From Candidatus Binatia bacterium (GTDB taxonomy: Bacteria > Desulfobacterota > Binatia > HRBIN30), in the NCBI GenBank assembly GCA_038245295.1, contig JBBRSP010000009.1, positions 64,001 to 128,000 of the forward strand: DNA of 64,000 nucleotides, in the 5' to 3' direction. The position numbers and the translations under genes were made by a program. Shown here in pieces: positions 29,168-39,348 of the stretch. The notes beneath the pieces were generated by a model, which made no database searches, had not been told where the DNA came from, and saw only the letters and a program-made list of their open reading frames with translations. How positions within the stretch are numbered: the first letter of the stretch is position 1; each line of letters starts with the position of its first letter.

Positions 29168-31861
29168 TCAGTCGCGCTGCTCGGCGCGGCGGCGGAAGAA
29201 CAGAGCCATCGGCAGCAGGAACAGAGCCAGGGCTCCGTTCTGGTACGAACCGGTCTCATCGATGGCGCAGCTACCGCCGGAACGGTTGACCGTTAGATCG
29301 ATGATCGGTGTCTGCGTCGGCACCGACGTCGCAACAAACGTCGGCGTCGGGGTGAACTCGAGGCTGCACCTCGGCGGGTTGCCGAGACACAGTAGGCCCG
29401 CTTCGCAATCAGAGTTCTTGTTACAGTCTTGTCCTGCGGGAAGCGGTGGTGAACAGATACCGGCTCGGTTCGCGATGTCGCACCGTTCACCTTCCGGACA
29501 GGACTCATCGCTGCAGCAGGTAAAGTCGACGCAGAAGAGGCCGTCGGCGCAATTGGCTGGGGTCGTGCAACGACCGCCGAGATCCATCCTCGGAGTGGGA
29601 GTCGGCCCACGCTTGACGCAGGTACCCGGATTCGTCGCGGAGCGGCAGGTGAAGTCAGGTGGACATACCATATCCGTACAGCACACGCGCTCTTCCGTGT
29701 TGCAAACATGCTCCGCAGAACACTGGCCGCCGACGTTCGGGTTACAGGGATCGCCCGGCGGGATCGGAGTATTGGTCGGCGTCGGCGTCATGGTCGGCGG
29801 GAAGTCGCAGATTCCCGGCGGACGGCAGTAATTGGTGGTGCAATTGCTGTTGTTGGTGCACTGCCGTCCATTGTCGAGCCTATCGTGGCAAACTCCTGCA
29901 GAGCCAGGAATGCTGCACGACTGGTTCGCCGGACATGAAGGGACTTCGCAGCAGGCGCCATCAACACAGTTTCCGGAGGTACAGTTACTACTCGTCTGAC
30001 AAGCTGAGCCGTTCGGCGCCGGGGTCGGCGTACGCGTCGGCGTAGCGGTTGGCCGCGGCGTCGACGGCTGCGGGCGACATAGTCCGGGAACAATGGCGCA
30101 GCTCTCGCCGGCGGCACAATCCCGCTCGCAGCAGAACTCGTCAATACAGAGGCCCGACTGACACTGCGTCGGCGTGGTGCAGGCGTCGCCATTGGGCAAC
30201 TTGGTCATGCAGACACCTTCGAAGCCAGGCACGGAGCACGATTGACCCGCAGGGCAGCGGCTATCAGCGCAGCAGAAGCCGTCGACGCAGAACGTGCTCG
30301 AGCACTGTTCGTCGGCGTTGCAGTGGTTGCCGTTGCCGGCGGGCGGACCACATTGACCGGTGTTGCAGAATTGACCGGCCGGGCAGACGCGGCTGCCGCA
30401 GCAGAAGCCGTCGACGCAGTTGCCGCTTTGGCACTGATGCAGGTCGGTACAAGCCTCGCCGTTCGGCACCGGGTTCATACAAATGCCGGGGCTGCTCGGG
30501 ATGTCGCAACGCTGACCGCTCGGGCAAGTGGCGCTACCGCAGCAGGTGCCATCGACGCAGAAGTTCGATTTACATTGTCGTCCGACATTGCAGTCGCCGC
30601 CGTTGTCGAGGAGCGGTGGGCGCAGGGCCTGAACGATTTGGACAGATCGCGAGCCTTGCAAAGCAACCGCGATGTCATCGACGCCGTCGCCGTTGAAATC
30701 GCCGGTGGCGATGCCCTGAGGATTGTAACCGATGGTGGCGTCGGTCGCGTAGGTGAAGTTGCCGTCGCCACTACCGGCGTACGCTTGGAGGAGACCCGAG
30801 GTCTGAACCGAGCTGCCATCGCCCGGCAGGGTGTAGAAGGAGACGACGAAGTCGGCGAATGTATCGATGTCAAAATCGGCTGCCGCAATCGAGTGCGGGA
30901 AACAAGAGATTGGGATACCGGCCAACGTCAGCGGGCAGCTGATACGAATCGGTGTCAGGGTATCGAAGAAGCCGCTGCCGACGGTCTTGCCGTCGCGCGT
31001 CGTCGGGCGGTTGAGGAGGATGGTGACCGAGTACTCATTCTTGATCGCGGTCTGGCCGGCATTCAAGACAGCCAAGTCGGGTGTGCCGTCGTTGTTGAAG
31101 TCGGCGCTAGTCACATCGCGGGCGCCCGCACCGACGACGAAGTTGTCAGGCGGCTGCGAGAACGAACCCGTTCCATTGTTGAGCAGGATCGAGACGTCGT
31201 CGGCCGGCGAGGTGCGAGTGTTGACTGTGACGATATCGTCGAAGCCGTCGCCATTCAGGTCCAGGGCGATGCCACGCTTTGGAACGCGGCCAACGTCAAA
31301 CTGGCCGACGGAATTGAAGCCGCGGTTACCGCCAAGGTTCTCGAGAACGGTAACCTTGTTGATCAGCTGGTTGACCGTCATTAGGTCAGGCCCGGCGCTG
31401 TTACGCTTCAGGAAGTCGCCGATCGCGACATCTACCGGACGTGCACCTACTTTTTGGCTCTGTGTTTGCCCGAAGGTGCCGGCGCACTTGCCGCCGCTGG
31501 TCTTGTCGCCAAACGTGTAGAACACGCGGGCATCAAGATAGTCCGACGTGGCAATGTCGGGACAGCCGTCACTGTTCAGATCACCCGCCGCGACACCGCG
31601 CAGAACTCGCCCGGTATCAATGTTGATGACGGTTCGGAAGGTGAAGCCGTCGCCGCCATACAGAACGGTTACGCGATTGGTTACCTGGTTCGTAACCACC
31701 ACGTCTTCATGCTGATCCTGGTCGAAGTCAGCAACCGCAATGTACTTGGGCGATTGGGTAACTATGTATTGCGTTCCAGGCACGAGGTTGATCCCGGCTC
31801 TTGCCGTGCCGTAAAGCAGCATCGACGCCGCCGCAAAGACCACTGGAAACACTCGTCTCAT
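29168..31861 (-). CDS. Secreted surface protein: FG-GAP/VCBS propeller, ~9 Cys-rich repeats, PT linkers, MYXO-CTERM-like tail
   Basis: Signal peptide. DFDQD/DLNSDG/DLNGDG/DFNNDG repeats. NGxxCxxxxQCxSxxCVDGxCC repeats. Tail GGSC-TM-RRR. AAGGAG RBS. Confidence 0.88.
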   Translation of the reverse strand: MRRVFPVVFAAASMLLYGTARAGINLVPGTQYIVTQSPKYIAVADFDQDQHEDVVVTNQVTNRVTVLYGGDGFTFRTVINIDTGRVLRGVAAGDLNSDGCPDIATSDYLDARVFYTFGDKTSGGKCAGTFGQTQSQKVGARPVDVAIGDFLKRNSAGPDLMTVNQLINKVTVLENLGGNRGFNSVGQFDVGRVPKRGIALDLNGDGFDDIVTVNTRTSPADDVSILLNNGTGSFSQPPDNFVVGAGARDVTSADFNNDGTPDLAVLNAGQTAIKNEYSVTILLNRPTTRDGKTVGSGFFDTLTPIRISCPLTLAGIPISCFPHSIAAADFDIDTFADFVVSFYTLPGDGSSVQTSGLLQAYAGSGDGNFTYATDATIGYNPQGIATGDFNGDGVDDIAVALQGSRSVQIVQALRPPLLDNGGDCNVGRQCKSNFCVDGTCCGSATCPSGQRCDIPSSPGICMNPVPNGEACTDLHQCQSGNCVDGFCCGSRVCPAGQFCNTGQCGPPAGNGNHCNADEQCSSTFCVDGFCCADSRCPAGQSCSVPGFEGVCMTKLPNGDACTTPTQCQSGLCIDEFCCERDCAAGESCAIVPGLCRPQPSTPRPTATPTRTPTPAPNGSACQTSSNCTSGNCVDGACCEVPSCPANQSCSIPGSAGVCHDRLDNGRQCTNNSNCTTNYCRPPGICDFPPTMTPTPTNTPIPPGDPCNPNVGGQCSAEHVCNTEERVCCTDMVCPPDFTCRSATNPGTCVKRGPTPTPRMDLGGRCTTPANCADGLFCVDFTCCSDESCPEGERCDIANRAGICSPPLPAGQDCNKNSDCEAGLLCLGNPPRCSLEFTPTPTFVATSVPTQTPIIDLTVNRSGGSCAIDETGSYQNGALALFLLPMALFFRRRAEQRD

Positions 31862-32003
31862 CTGGCTCTCCTTCGGATCCTTAATTCCTGCCCGGTGCGA
31901 CACTGGCCCCTCCGGACAGAACCGCGGCGGTAATCTCTACCGGACCGCCTTTGTTTGTCAAACGAATTCCAGACTCTCTAGCCAGAAAGTCCGGCCTCGT
32001 CCA

Positions 32004-32924
32004 TCAGTCCTTGCCGGCGTAGATATCCATAACCTTGTGGAGGAACTCGACGGCTTCCTCCTTCGGACGCTGAAAAGAGTTGCGTCCGATGATCGAGCCA
32101 AAGCCGCCACCATCGCGAATCCCTTTGACCTCATCGAAGATGGCGTTGGTCTCTTTGGCCTCGCCGCCCGAGAAGATGACGATTCGACGCCCGCCGAATG
32201 CTCCCTGGACAACGTGGCTGATCCGTTCGGCGAGTGTCCCGATCGGGATGGCCTGCTTCTCGTAGACTTTGCGCGCCGCATCCTGCTCGATGTGGGCTGT
32301 CGGCGGCTTGACCTTGATCAAGTGGGCCCCGAGCTGGGCGGCGATCTGCGCCGCATAGGCGCAGACATCAATCGCCGTCTCACCCTGCTTCGAGATGCCC
32401 GAGCCGCGCGGGTACGACCACACGACCACGGCCAGGCCCTTGCGCTTGGCTTCTTCGGCAAGCTCGCGGATCTGATTGTACATGACGCCGCGTTCGGCGG
32501 AGCCGGGGTAGATCGTGAAGCCGATGGCAGCACAGCCAAGTCGCAGCGCTTCATCGACGCTGCCGGTGAGAGCCGGCAACGGATCGGCGCCGTTGTAGAG
32601 GCTGTCGGAGTTGTTGAGCTTGAGGATGAGCGGAATCTCACCGGCGAAGTCGGCCGCGCCGGCTTCGAGGAAGCCGAGCGGCGCCGCGTAGGCGTTACAG
32701 CCGGCCGCGAGAGCAAGCTCGAAGTGGTAGCGCGGATCATAGGCGGGCGGATTGGCGGCAAAACTGCGCGCCGGACCATGCTCGAAGCCTTGATCAACCG
32801 GCAAGATGACGAGCTTGCCCGTACCACCCAGGCGTCCATGATTGAGCAAGCGAGCAATATTGCTCAGCGTCCCCGGATTGTCGCTGCGGTACCAGCTGAG
32901 AATCTCGCGTACACGTTTCTTCAT
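32004..32924 (-). CDS. fbaB: Class I fructose-bisphosphate aldolase
   Basis: ILPVDQGFEHGP, GFTIYPGS, VWSYPRG, HLIKVK, FSGG, GSIIGRNSFQR. Confidence 0.93.
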   Translation of the reverse strand: MKKRVREILSWYRSDNPGTLSNIARLLNHGRLGGTGKLVILPVDQGFEHGPARSFAANPPAYDPRYHFELALAAGCNAYAAPLGFLEAGAADFAGEIPLILKLNNSDSLYNGADPLPALTGSVDEALRLGCAAIGFTIYPGSAERGVMYNQIRELAEEAKRKGLAVVVWSYPRGSGISKQGETAIDVCAYAAQIAAQLGAHLIKVKPPTAHIEQDAARKVYEKQAIPIGTLAERISHVVQGAFGGRRIVIFSGGEAKETNAIFDEVKGIRDGGGFGSIIGRNSFQRPKEEAVEFLHKVMDIYAGKD

Positions 32925-33032
32925 TATAGGGAGGCCTCCTCGAACGGCGTTAGTAGTCGGGTGGCGGCGCCGGGTCAACGCATCAAAGGTGCCAGAATTC
33001 TTGGTTTCACATCGGCGGCACGCCCTGTATGC

Positions 33033-35174
33033 ATGGTCGCCGTGCGAATCTTCTTCTTGTGCGTCTTGTTGTCGGTCAGCCGACCGGCACAAGCGCAAGT
33101 GCTCGGTGATGCCAACTGTGATGGCCAGCTCGATGTGCTTGATCGGATGGCGGCGGCACAGAACGTCTTCGCCGCACCACCATGCGCCGACGCCGATGTG
33201 AATGACGATGGTCGGCTGAGCGCCGCCGATGCGATCGCCGTCACCGACTTGCTCCTCTTCGGCACCCCGACTCCGACGCCAACCGCGAGCCCGACGATGA
33301 CCGCAACAGCGACGCCATCGCTGAGCCCGACACGCACAGCAACACCGTCGCCGAGCCCCAGCCCAACGATCACCGGCACGCCGACACAAACCCTGCGGCC
33401 GTGCGCCGACGGCGCCGCGTCTCTCGATCTGACCATCGACAACCGCAGCGGCCAGGCGTCGATCACGGCAAGACTCAGTGGACGCCTGTTGCAGCCATCG
33501 TGCGCCAACTTGGTGGGGGCCTCGGAGTATGACGTGACCACGTCTGCCGCCGGCGAACACCTCGACGCTCTGGCGCCCGGACTGTGGGTACACAGCATCG
33601 CGGTCAGCGATCCGCCGACCTTGCAGAGCCAACACCAGAGCAGCTTGCTGCTCGCCGCCGCCGCCAACTCGGTTGGCTTCACGGCCTTCGCCAGCGTTGG
33701 CGTCGTCCGCCGCCCCAACGACGGCACCGGCAACAACACGTTTCGCGATGCATGGCGCGCCGCCGACGCCGCGGTAAAGCCGTATCTCATTCAATTCGAT
33801 GAAGCGGTATTCCCGCCCGGTGTGCCGACGGCCATGAAGCTGGCGAGCGCCCTGGCGCCGCTGGCGGCCAGCGAGGTGACCATCGACGCAATCGACTCGG
33901 GTGGTGGCGCTGCCAACCGCATCCTCGACGCCGACGGGCGTGCCAACGCCGTATTGACGATCAACGGCGGCGACAACACGGTTCGCGGCTTGCGGTTGCG
34001 CAACAGCGGCGCCAACAACCGCGATGTCGTGTCGATCAGCGGCCCGGAGGCCTCCAACAACCGGATCGAGCAGTGCATCGTCGAACAGTCGGCGACGGGC
34101 GACGCGATCGGCATCGATAATGAGGCAGGCTTCGATCCGATCGCCACCGCAAACGTCGTCCGCCAATGCGAGATCAGCACCGCTTCCGACAAGGGCGTGA
34201 AAGTGACTCGCAACGCCTACGCGCGCGTCGAGCGCAGCTGGCTGCATCACAATGCCAACGGCGGCGTGCAGTCGACGCTGAGTGGGCATGTAACGGCAAC
34301 CGACAATCTGATCGAGCACAACGCCGGGTCGACGGCACAGAACGGTTTATCGGTAAACGGTGTCGCCCCCGACACCCCGATGCTCCCGAGCGAGCTCGAG
34401 TCTGAGGGCAACCTCGTACGCTTCAACGGCGCCAACGGATTGTCTGTGCGCGGCCTGTCGGTAGCGGTGTCGAACAACGACGCGCTGGTCGGCAATGCCA
34501 AGGACGGCCTGCGTGTCGCCAACGAAGGCACACCGGCCACGGCGCTGGTCTCCGGCTCGACGATGGCGTGTAATGGAGCCAACGGCGCGGCTATCGAGCC
34601 GACCTCGTTTGTCGACTTCGGTGGTGGGCGTTTCGGGCTGAGCGGCAACAACGCCTTCACCCAGAACAATCTTCCAGGTGGCGCTGAAAATCTTCTCAAC
34701 CTGACGACGGCGGCGCTCTACGCCACCAACAGTCAGTGGGAACACTGCGGCCGCTTGGCGGAATGCGACGACACGCAGATTGCCAGTTACGACCTGAGCG
34801 ATCAGGGTCGGCTGACCGTGATCGCCCCCTCGCAGGCGCACCGCTCGAACCAGGCGCCGGCGATCACCTCGGTGCGCCCGAGCAAGGGGGTGGCCGGCGA
34901 TCTCGTGCGCGTCTTCGGCAGCGGCTTCAACGTCATCGATGCGTACGCGGCCGACTCGACCTGCCCCGACACCGCGACGCGCAATCGTTGCGTACCGCTG
35001 CACGGCAACTGTGTTCGCATCGGCAATACGCCGGCGCCGATCGAGGCAGTGACGCCAACGATGCTGATCGTGCGCCTACCTTTCACCTGTGCAGAGGCTG
35101 TGCCCCTAACGGTTACGACGCAGGGTGGCGGCACAAGCGCCGTCGCAGCGTTCTGCACCAATGCGGTGCCGTAG
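33033..35174 (+). CDS. Secreted protein: N-terminal dockerin-like module, PT linker, right-handed beta-helix, IPT/TIG-like domain
   Basis: Signal peptide AQA. GDANCDGQLDVLD...ADVNDDGRLSAAD. Asn/Gly-rich beta-helix repeats. PAITSVRP...VRVFGSGF. Confidence 0.82.
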   Translation: MVAVRIFFLCVLLSVSRPAQAQVLGDANCDGQLDVLDRMAAAQNVFAAPPCADADVNDDGRLSAADAIAVTDLLLFGTPTPTPTASPTMTATATPSLSPTRTATPSPSPSPTITGTPTQTLRPCADGAASLDLTIDNRSGQASITARLSGRLLQPSCANLVGASEYDVTTSAAGEHLDALAPGLWVHSIAVSDPPTLQSQHQSSLLLAAAANSVGFTAFASVGVVRRPNDGTGNNTFRDAWRAADAAVKPYLIQFDEAVFPPGVPTAMKLASALAPLAASEVTIDAIDSGGGAANRILDADGRANAVLTINGGDNTVRGLRLRNSGANNRDVVSISGPEASNNRIEQCIVEQSATGDAIGIDNEAGFDPIATANVVRQCEISTASDKGVKVTRNAYARVERSWLHHNANGGVQSTLSGHVTATDNLIEHNAGSTAQNGLSVNGVAPDTPMLPSELESEGNLVRFNGANGLSVRGLSVAVSNNDALVGNAKDGLRVANEGTPATALVSGSTMACNGANGAAIEPTSFVDFGGGRFGLSGNNAFTQNNLPGGAENLLNLTTAALYATNSQWEHCGRLAECDDTQIASYDLSDQGRLTVIAPSQAHRSNQAPAITSVRPSKGVAGDLVRVFGSGFNVIDAYAADSTCPDTATRNRCVPLHGNCVRIGNTPAPIEAVTPTMLIVRLPFTCAEAVPLTVTTQGGGTSAVAAFCTNAVP

Positions 35175-35192
35175 GGCGCCTCGTGAGGCGCC

Positions 35193-35238
35193 CGGGTGCG
35201 GGGTGCGGGGTGCGGGCGGACCCTGCACCCGGCACCCG
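35193..35238. repeat. Heptamer-based (GGGGTGC) inverted repeat
   Basis: Three GGGTGC units followed by two GCACCC units. Related to 18332. Confidence 0.65.
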
Positions 35239-35296
35239 CTGAAGCGCGCCACGCATCTTTCATCCGCGCGCGCTTCAGCATACACACCCTGGCGCG

Positions 35297-38200
35297 ATGG
35301 ATTGTGCTGCCTGCGGACACGACAACCGCTCCGAGAGTCGATTCTGTACGCGCTGTGGCGCCGGGCTCGAGCGGCGCTGCCCGTCTTGCGGTAACAGCGT
35401 TGCCGCGGACGACAAGTTCTGCAGCCAGTGCGGTAGTGCCCTTACCGCCGCCGCGGCGCCGCAAGCGTCGACGGCTCAAGCGCGCAATCGCGAGTCGCCG
35501 CAGCGCTACACGCCGCGTCATCTGGCCGAACAAATTTTGACCATGCGCAGCGCCCTGGCCGGCGAGCGCAAACATGTCACCGTCCTGTTCGCCGACGTGA
35601 AGGGCTCGATGGAGCTGGCGGAGCAGGTCGATCCCGAGGTCTGGCACTACGTGATGGATCGTTTCTTCACCATCCTCAACGAAGGCGTGCATCGCTTCGA
35701 GGGAACGATCAATCAGTACACCGGCGACGGCATCATGGCCCTGTTCGGCGCACCGATCGCTCATGAGGATCACGCCCAGCGCGCTTGTTACTCGGCCTTG
35801 CATCTGCGCGACGCGTTGCGCCGCTATGCCGACGATCTGCGCGCCGATCCGGGGCTGAACTTCTCCGTGCGTATGGGATTGAACTCGGGCGAGGTCATCG
35901 TCGGGAGTATCGGCGATGACTTACGCATGGACTACACGGCGCAAGGACACACCGTCGGGCTCGCGGCGCGCATGGAACAGCTCGCCGAACCGGGCAAGAT
36001 TCTCCTCGCTGCCGACACGGCGCACCTGGTGCAGGGGTACTTCAAGTTACGCGAGCTAGGCGCCACCAAGGTACGCGGGGTCAGCAACCCGGTGCCGATC
36101 TTCGAGCTTGCTGGTGTCGGCGATCTACATACGCGCTTCGACCACTCGCGGGCCCGCGGGCTGTCGCGTTTTGTCGGCCGTAACTCGGAGCTGACGGCGC
36201 TCGACGAAGCGCTCGAGTTGGCGCGCCGCGGGCAAGGGCAGGTCGTCGGCATCGTCGGTGATCCGGGCGTCGGCAAAAGCCGTCTGTGCCATGAGTTTAC
36301 CGAGAGCAGCCGGGCTCGTGGCATCCGAGTCACCCAGGCGCAGGGTGTGCCGCACGGCAAGACGATCCCGCTGCTGGCGTGGATGCAACTGTTGCGCGGC
36401 TACTTCGGCGTCGCCGAGACCGACTCGCCGGAGGCGTCGCGCGACAAGATCGCCGGCCGCCTGTTGCAACTCGACCCCGAGATGCGTTCGACATTGCCGA
36501 CGGTCTTCAACTTTCTCGGTGTACCGGATGCCAGCGGGCCGCGCCCGGCCCAGACCGCCGAGGAGCAACGCGAAGTTCTCTTCGAGATGAGCCAGCGCAG
36601 CATGCGTGGAAGGACACGCAACGGCATCGTGCTGATCACCTGCTTCGATGACGTGCAGTGGCTCGACTCCGGCAGCGAACGTTTCCTCGCCGACATGGTG
36701 GCGGCGGTGGCCGACACGACGACGCTGGTCCTGGTCAATTTCCGACCGGAGTTCCAGGCCGAGTGGATGTCGCTACCGTATTACCGGCAACTCGATCTGC
36801 GGCCGCTCGGCGAAGTCGAGATGACCGCCATGCTCGATGATCTTCTCGGCCAGGATGCGTCGCTGCGCGGCGTCGCGGCACGCATCGCCCGCCGCACCGC
36901 CGGCAACCCGTTCTTCGTCGAAGAGGTCGTGCAGAACCTCTACGAAACGGGCTACCTGCAAGGTGATCGGGGCGCCTACAAGTTGGTTCGAGCCCTCGGT
37001 CGCATTGGCATTCCAACCACCGTGCAGGCCATCCTGGCAGCGCGCATCGATCGTCTGCCGGAGTCTGCCAAGGCGCTGCTGCAGGTGGTCGCGGTGATCG
37101 GCAAAGAGTGCAGTGAGCCCGTCCTGCTCGAAACCTTGCGTCGTCGGGCGCGCGTCGACGACGTGCCGACGCTGTCGCCTGATTTGAGCTCGGCGTTCAT
37201 TCCACTGATCGATGGCGGATTCATCACCGAGAAATCGGTCTATCCCGAGCGGGTGTATGCGTTTCGCCATCCGCTGACCCACGAGGTTGCGTACCACTCG
37301 CAACTCTCCGAGCAGCGCCAGCAACTGCACGCGGCGGCGGCCGAGTCGGTGGCCATGGTGCATTCTAGCCGGCTCGACGAACACGCCGCGTTGCTAGCCC
37401 ATCACTGGGAGAGCTCCGGCGACATGTGGACCGCGTCGCAGTGGCATGCGCGCGCCGGGGAATGGGCCAGTGGGCGCGATCGCGGTGAGGCGATGCGTCA
37501 CTGGCGTAAGGTCCGGGATCTGGTGGCCGCCGTCGCGCCGTCGCCGGAAGTCGAGGCGTTGGCATTGCTGGCGCGGCAGCATATGCTGATCGGCGGCTTG
37601 TTCCTGGGCATGACCCCCGAAGAGGCGACGCAGATCTTCCGCGAGGGCATCTCGCTCGCCAAGCGTGTCAAGGACCGCACCGCCTACCTCGAGTTGCTGA
37701 TCGGTTACGCGACGCAGCGCGCCTTCGCCGGCGCGATGGATGAAGGGCTAAACTTATTGCGCGAAGCCGTGGAGTCGGTCGACCAGTCCGGCTCCGTCGA
37801 GCTGCGCTTCGTCTTCCGTGCCTCGATGATTCATATGATGGTGCACAGCGGTGAGCTCGACGCAGCGATCGCCCTGGCGCGCGAAGCCGAAACCTTGATC
37901 GATAGCGACACGACCGTCGGTGCCGAGATCACCGGCTTCAGTCCGCTCGGCCTGGTTATCGCCAACCGCGGCTTTGCCGCCATGCATCGCGGCGATCTGA
38001 CCTCGGCAATGAATCTGCTCGACCGCGCCCGACGTATTGCCGAGGAACGTAGCGAGATTGATCTATTGATTCCTGTCGAAACCTATACGGCGTTACTGTG
38101 GTACTTCATCGGCGACGGTACGCAGGCGGTGGCGCACGCGCGGCGCAGCGTCGAGTTGGCGGAAGCGAGTGTTCAATCAAACCTCAGCATCGGCGCCCAC

Positions 38201-38707
38201 GGCGCGTTGGGGATCGCCTACACCATGACGGAGCAGTGGGAGGAAGCCATCGCGACGTTGGAGCTGTCCCTGGCGGGCAGCAAGAAGGCGCATGCCGGAA
38301 AGTTCCTCGACAGCGCCCACCTGGCGCACCTGGCCATCGCCCAATACGGTGCCGGCCGCCAGCAGGCGGCGATCGACAGTGCGCAACGCGCGGTAACCTT
38401 GTGCGAGGAGCGCCACTCGGTGCTGACCATGATCACGGCCCTCCTGGCCCAGGCGCGTTGCCTGCGGCTTGTCGACCCGGACGCCAGCGCCATGGCTTTG
38501 GGCCGCGCCCGGGAGATCGTCGAGCGCAGCAATGCCAACGTGTTCGCGCCGATGCTCCTGGAGGAGAGCGCCAATCAGGCGTTGGCAAAGGGCGACGCTA
38601 AGCTGTGGCGTACCCTGCTGGCGCAAGCACAACAAACCTACGCCGGCATTGGTGCCGGCGCCCATGCGCAACGCCTCGACGCGGCGACCAACGTGGCGGA
38701 CGCTTAA
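35297..38707 (+). CDS. Double zinc ribbon, class III adenylate/guanylate cyclase, AAA ATPase and TPR-like protein
   Basis: Four CxxC. VTVLFADVKGS, YTGDGIMALFGAP, VGLAARME. Walker A GDPGVGKS. GNPFFVEE. Confidence 0.94.
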   Translation: MDCAACGHDNRSESRFCTRCGAGLERRCPSCGNSVAADDKFCSQCGSALTAAAAPQASTAQARNRESPQRYTPRHLAEQILTMRSALAGERKHVTVLFADVKGSMELAEQVDPEVWHYVMDRFFTILNEGVHRFEGTINQYTGDGIMALFGAPIAHEDHAQRACYSALHLRDALRRYADDLRADPGLNFSVRMGLNSGEVIVGSIGDDLRMDYTAQGHTVGLAARMEQLAEPGKILLAADTAHLVQGYFKLRELGATKVRGVSNPVPIFELAGVGDLHTRFDHSRARGLSRFVGRNSELTALDEALELARRGQGQVVGIVGDPGVGKSRLCHEFTESSRARGIRVTQAQGVPHGKTIPLLAWMQLLRGYFGVAETDSPEASRDKIAGRLLQLDPEMRSTLPTVFNFLGVPDASGPRPAQTAEEQREVLFEMSQRSMRGRTRNGIVLITCFDDVQWLDSGSERFLADMVAAVADTTTLVLVNFRPEFQAEWMSLPYYRQLDLRPLGEVEMTAMLDDLLGQDASLRGVAARIARRTAGNPFFVEEVVQNLYETGYLQGDRGAYKLVRALGRIGIPTTVQAILAARIDRLPESAKALLQVVAVIGKECSEPVLLETLRRRARVDDVPTLSPDLSSAFIPLIDGGFITEKSVYPERVYAFRHPLTHEVAYHSQLSEQRQQLHAAAAESVAMVHSSRLDEHAALLAHHWESSGDMWTASQWHARAGEWASGRDRGEAMRHWRKVRDLVAAVAPSPEVEALALLARQHMLIGGLFLGMTPEEATQIFREGISLAKRVKDRTAYLELLIGYATQRAFAGAMDEGLNLLREAVESVDQSGSVELRFVFRASMIHMMVHSGELDAAIALAREAETLIDSDTTVGAEITGFSPLGLVIANRGFAAMHRGDLTSAMNLLDRARRIAEERSEIDLLIPVETYTALLWYFIGDGTQAVAHARRSVELAEASVQSNLSIGAHGALGIAYTMTEQWEEAIATLELSLAGSKKAHAGKFLDSAHLAHLAIAQYGAGRQQAAIDSAQRAVTLCEERHSVLTMITALLAQARCLRLVDPDASAMALGRAREIVERSNANVFAPMLLEESANQALAKGDAKLWRTLLAQAQQTYAGIGAGAHAQRLDAATNVADA

Positions 38708-38737
38708 TGGCCAAATGGCAAACCGGCCAAATGGCCA
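38706..38737 (+). repeat. Four tandem octamers (AATGGCCA consensus)
   Basis: AATGGCCA AATGGCAA ACCGGCCA AATGGCCA. Confidence 0.7.
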
Positions 38738-38752
38738 GATGAAAGGTTTCCG

Positions 38753-39142
38753 ATGAGTATTGTGAAGAGAATCTTGCTGTGGATCCTGGGCGTGGCGTTC
38801 ATGTTTGCCGGCTACATGCACTTCAAACGCCCCGACTTCTACATGCCGATGATGCCACCGTATCTGCCGGCGCACCTGTTCTTGGTGTACGCGTCGGGCG
38901 TCGCGGAGTTTGTCAGCGGTCTTGGCATCTTGATCCCGGCGACGCGCAAAGCGGCGGCCTGGTTCATGATCGCTACCTTGGTGGCCATCTTCCCTGCCAA
39001 CGTCCACATCGCGCTGCACAACGTCGCCGTCTTCGGCAATCCCGAAGGCGCCGGGATCCTGAATTGGGTGCGTCTGCCGTTTCAGGCCGTCTTCATCGCC
39101 TGGGCCTGGTGGTACACCTTCGACGAACAACGCCAGTTCTAG
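38753..39142 (+). CDS. DoxX-family membrane protein
   Basis: FMFAGYMHF, MMPPYLP, SGVAE, IFPANVH, WVRLPFQ. Confidence 0.85.
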   Translation: MSIVKRILLWILGVAFMFAGYMHFKRPDFYMPMMPPYLPAHLFLVYASGVAEFVSGLGILIPATRKAAAWFMIATLVAIFPANVHIALHNVAVFGNPEGAGILNWVRLPFQAVFIAWAWWYTFDEQRQF

Positions 39143-39348
39143 TGCATCTGGTACCGGCGCAATAACTTCGACGATTCTTAATTGCTTGACTGTGGCTGCG
39201 GTTTGGGACAACCACCGACGCGTATTGTGTTGCACGTACCGTAGCGCTTGATTGGTGGGTTCCGACCTGCGGAGGTCTGGGCACCACCGGTCGCGTCGAT
39301 CCCTCACGGGGCGGACGAGCAGATTGATTGCGTCGAAGGAGAAGAAAC

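Noticed and set aside
32004..35174. Long overlapping ORFs of 771 aa (-) and 1045 aa (+)
   Set aside because: Each is a real gene (fbaB from 32924, secreted protein from 33033) extended by a stop-free antisense shadow of the other, as expected in high-GC DNA.
35297..38707. Cyclase-AAA-TPR protein as a novel defence system
   Set aside because: A widespread known architecture with no adjacent effector or defence genes.
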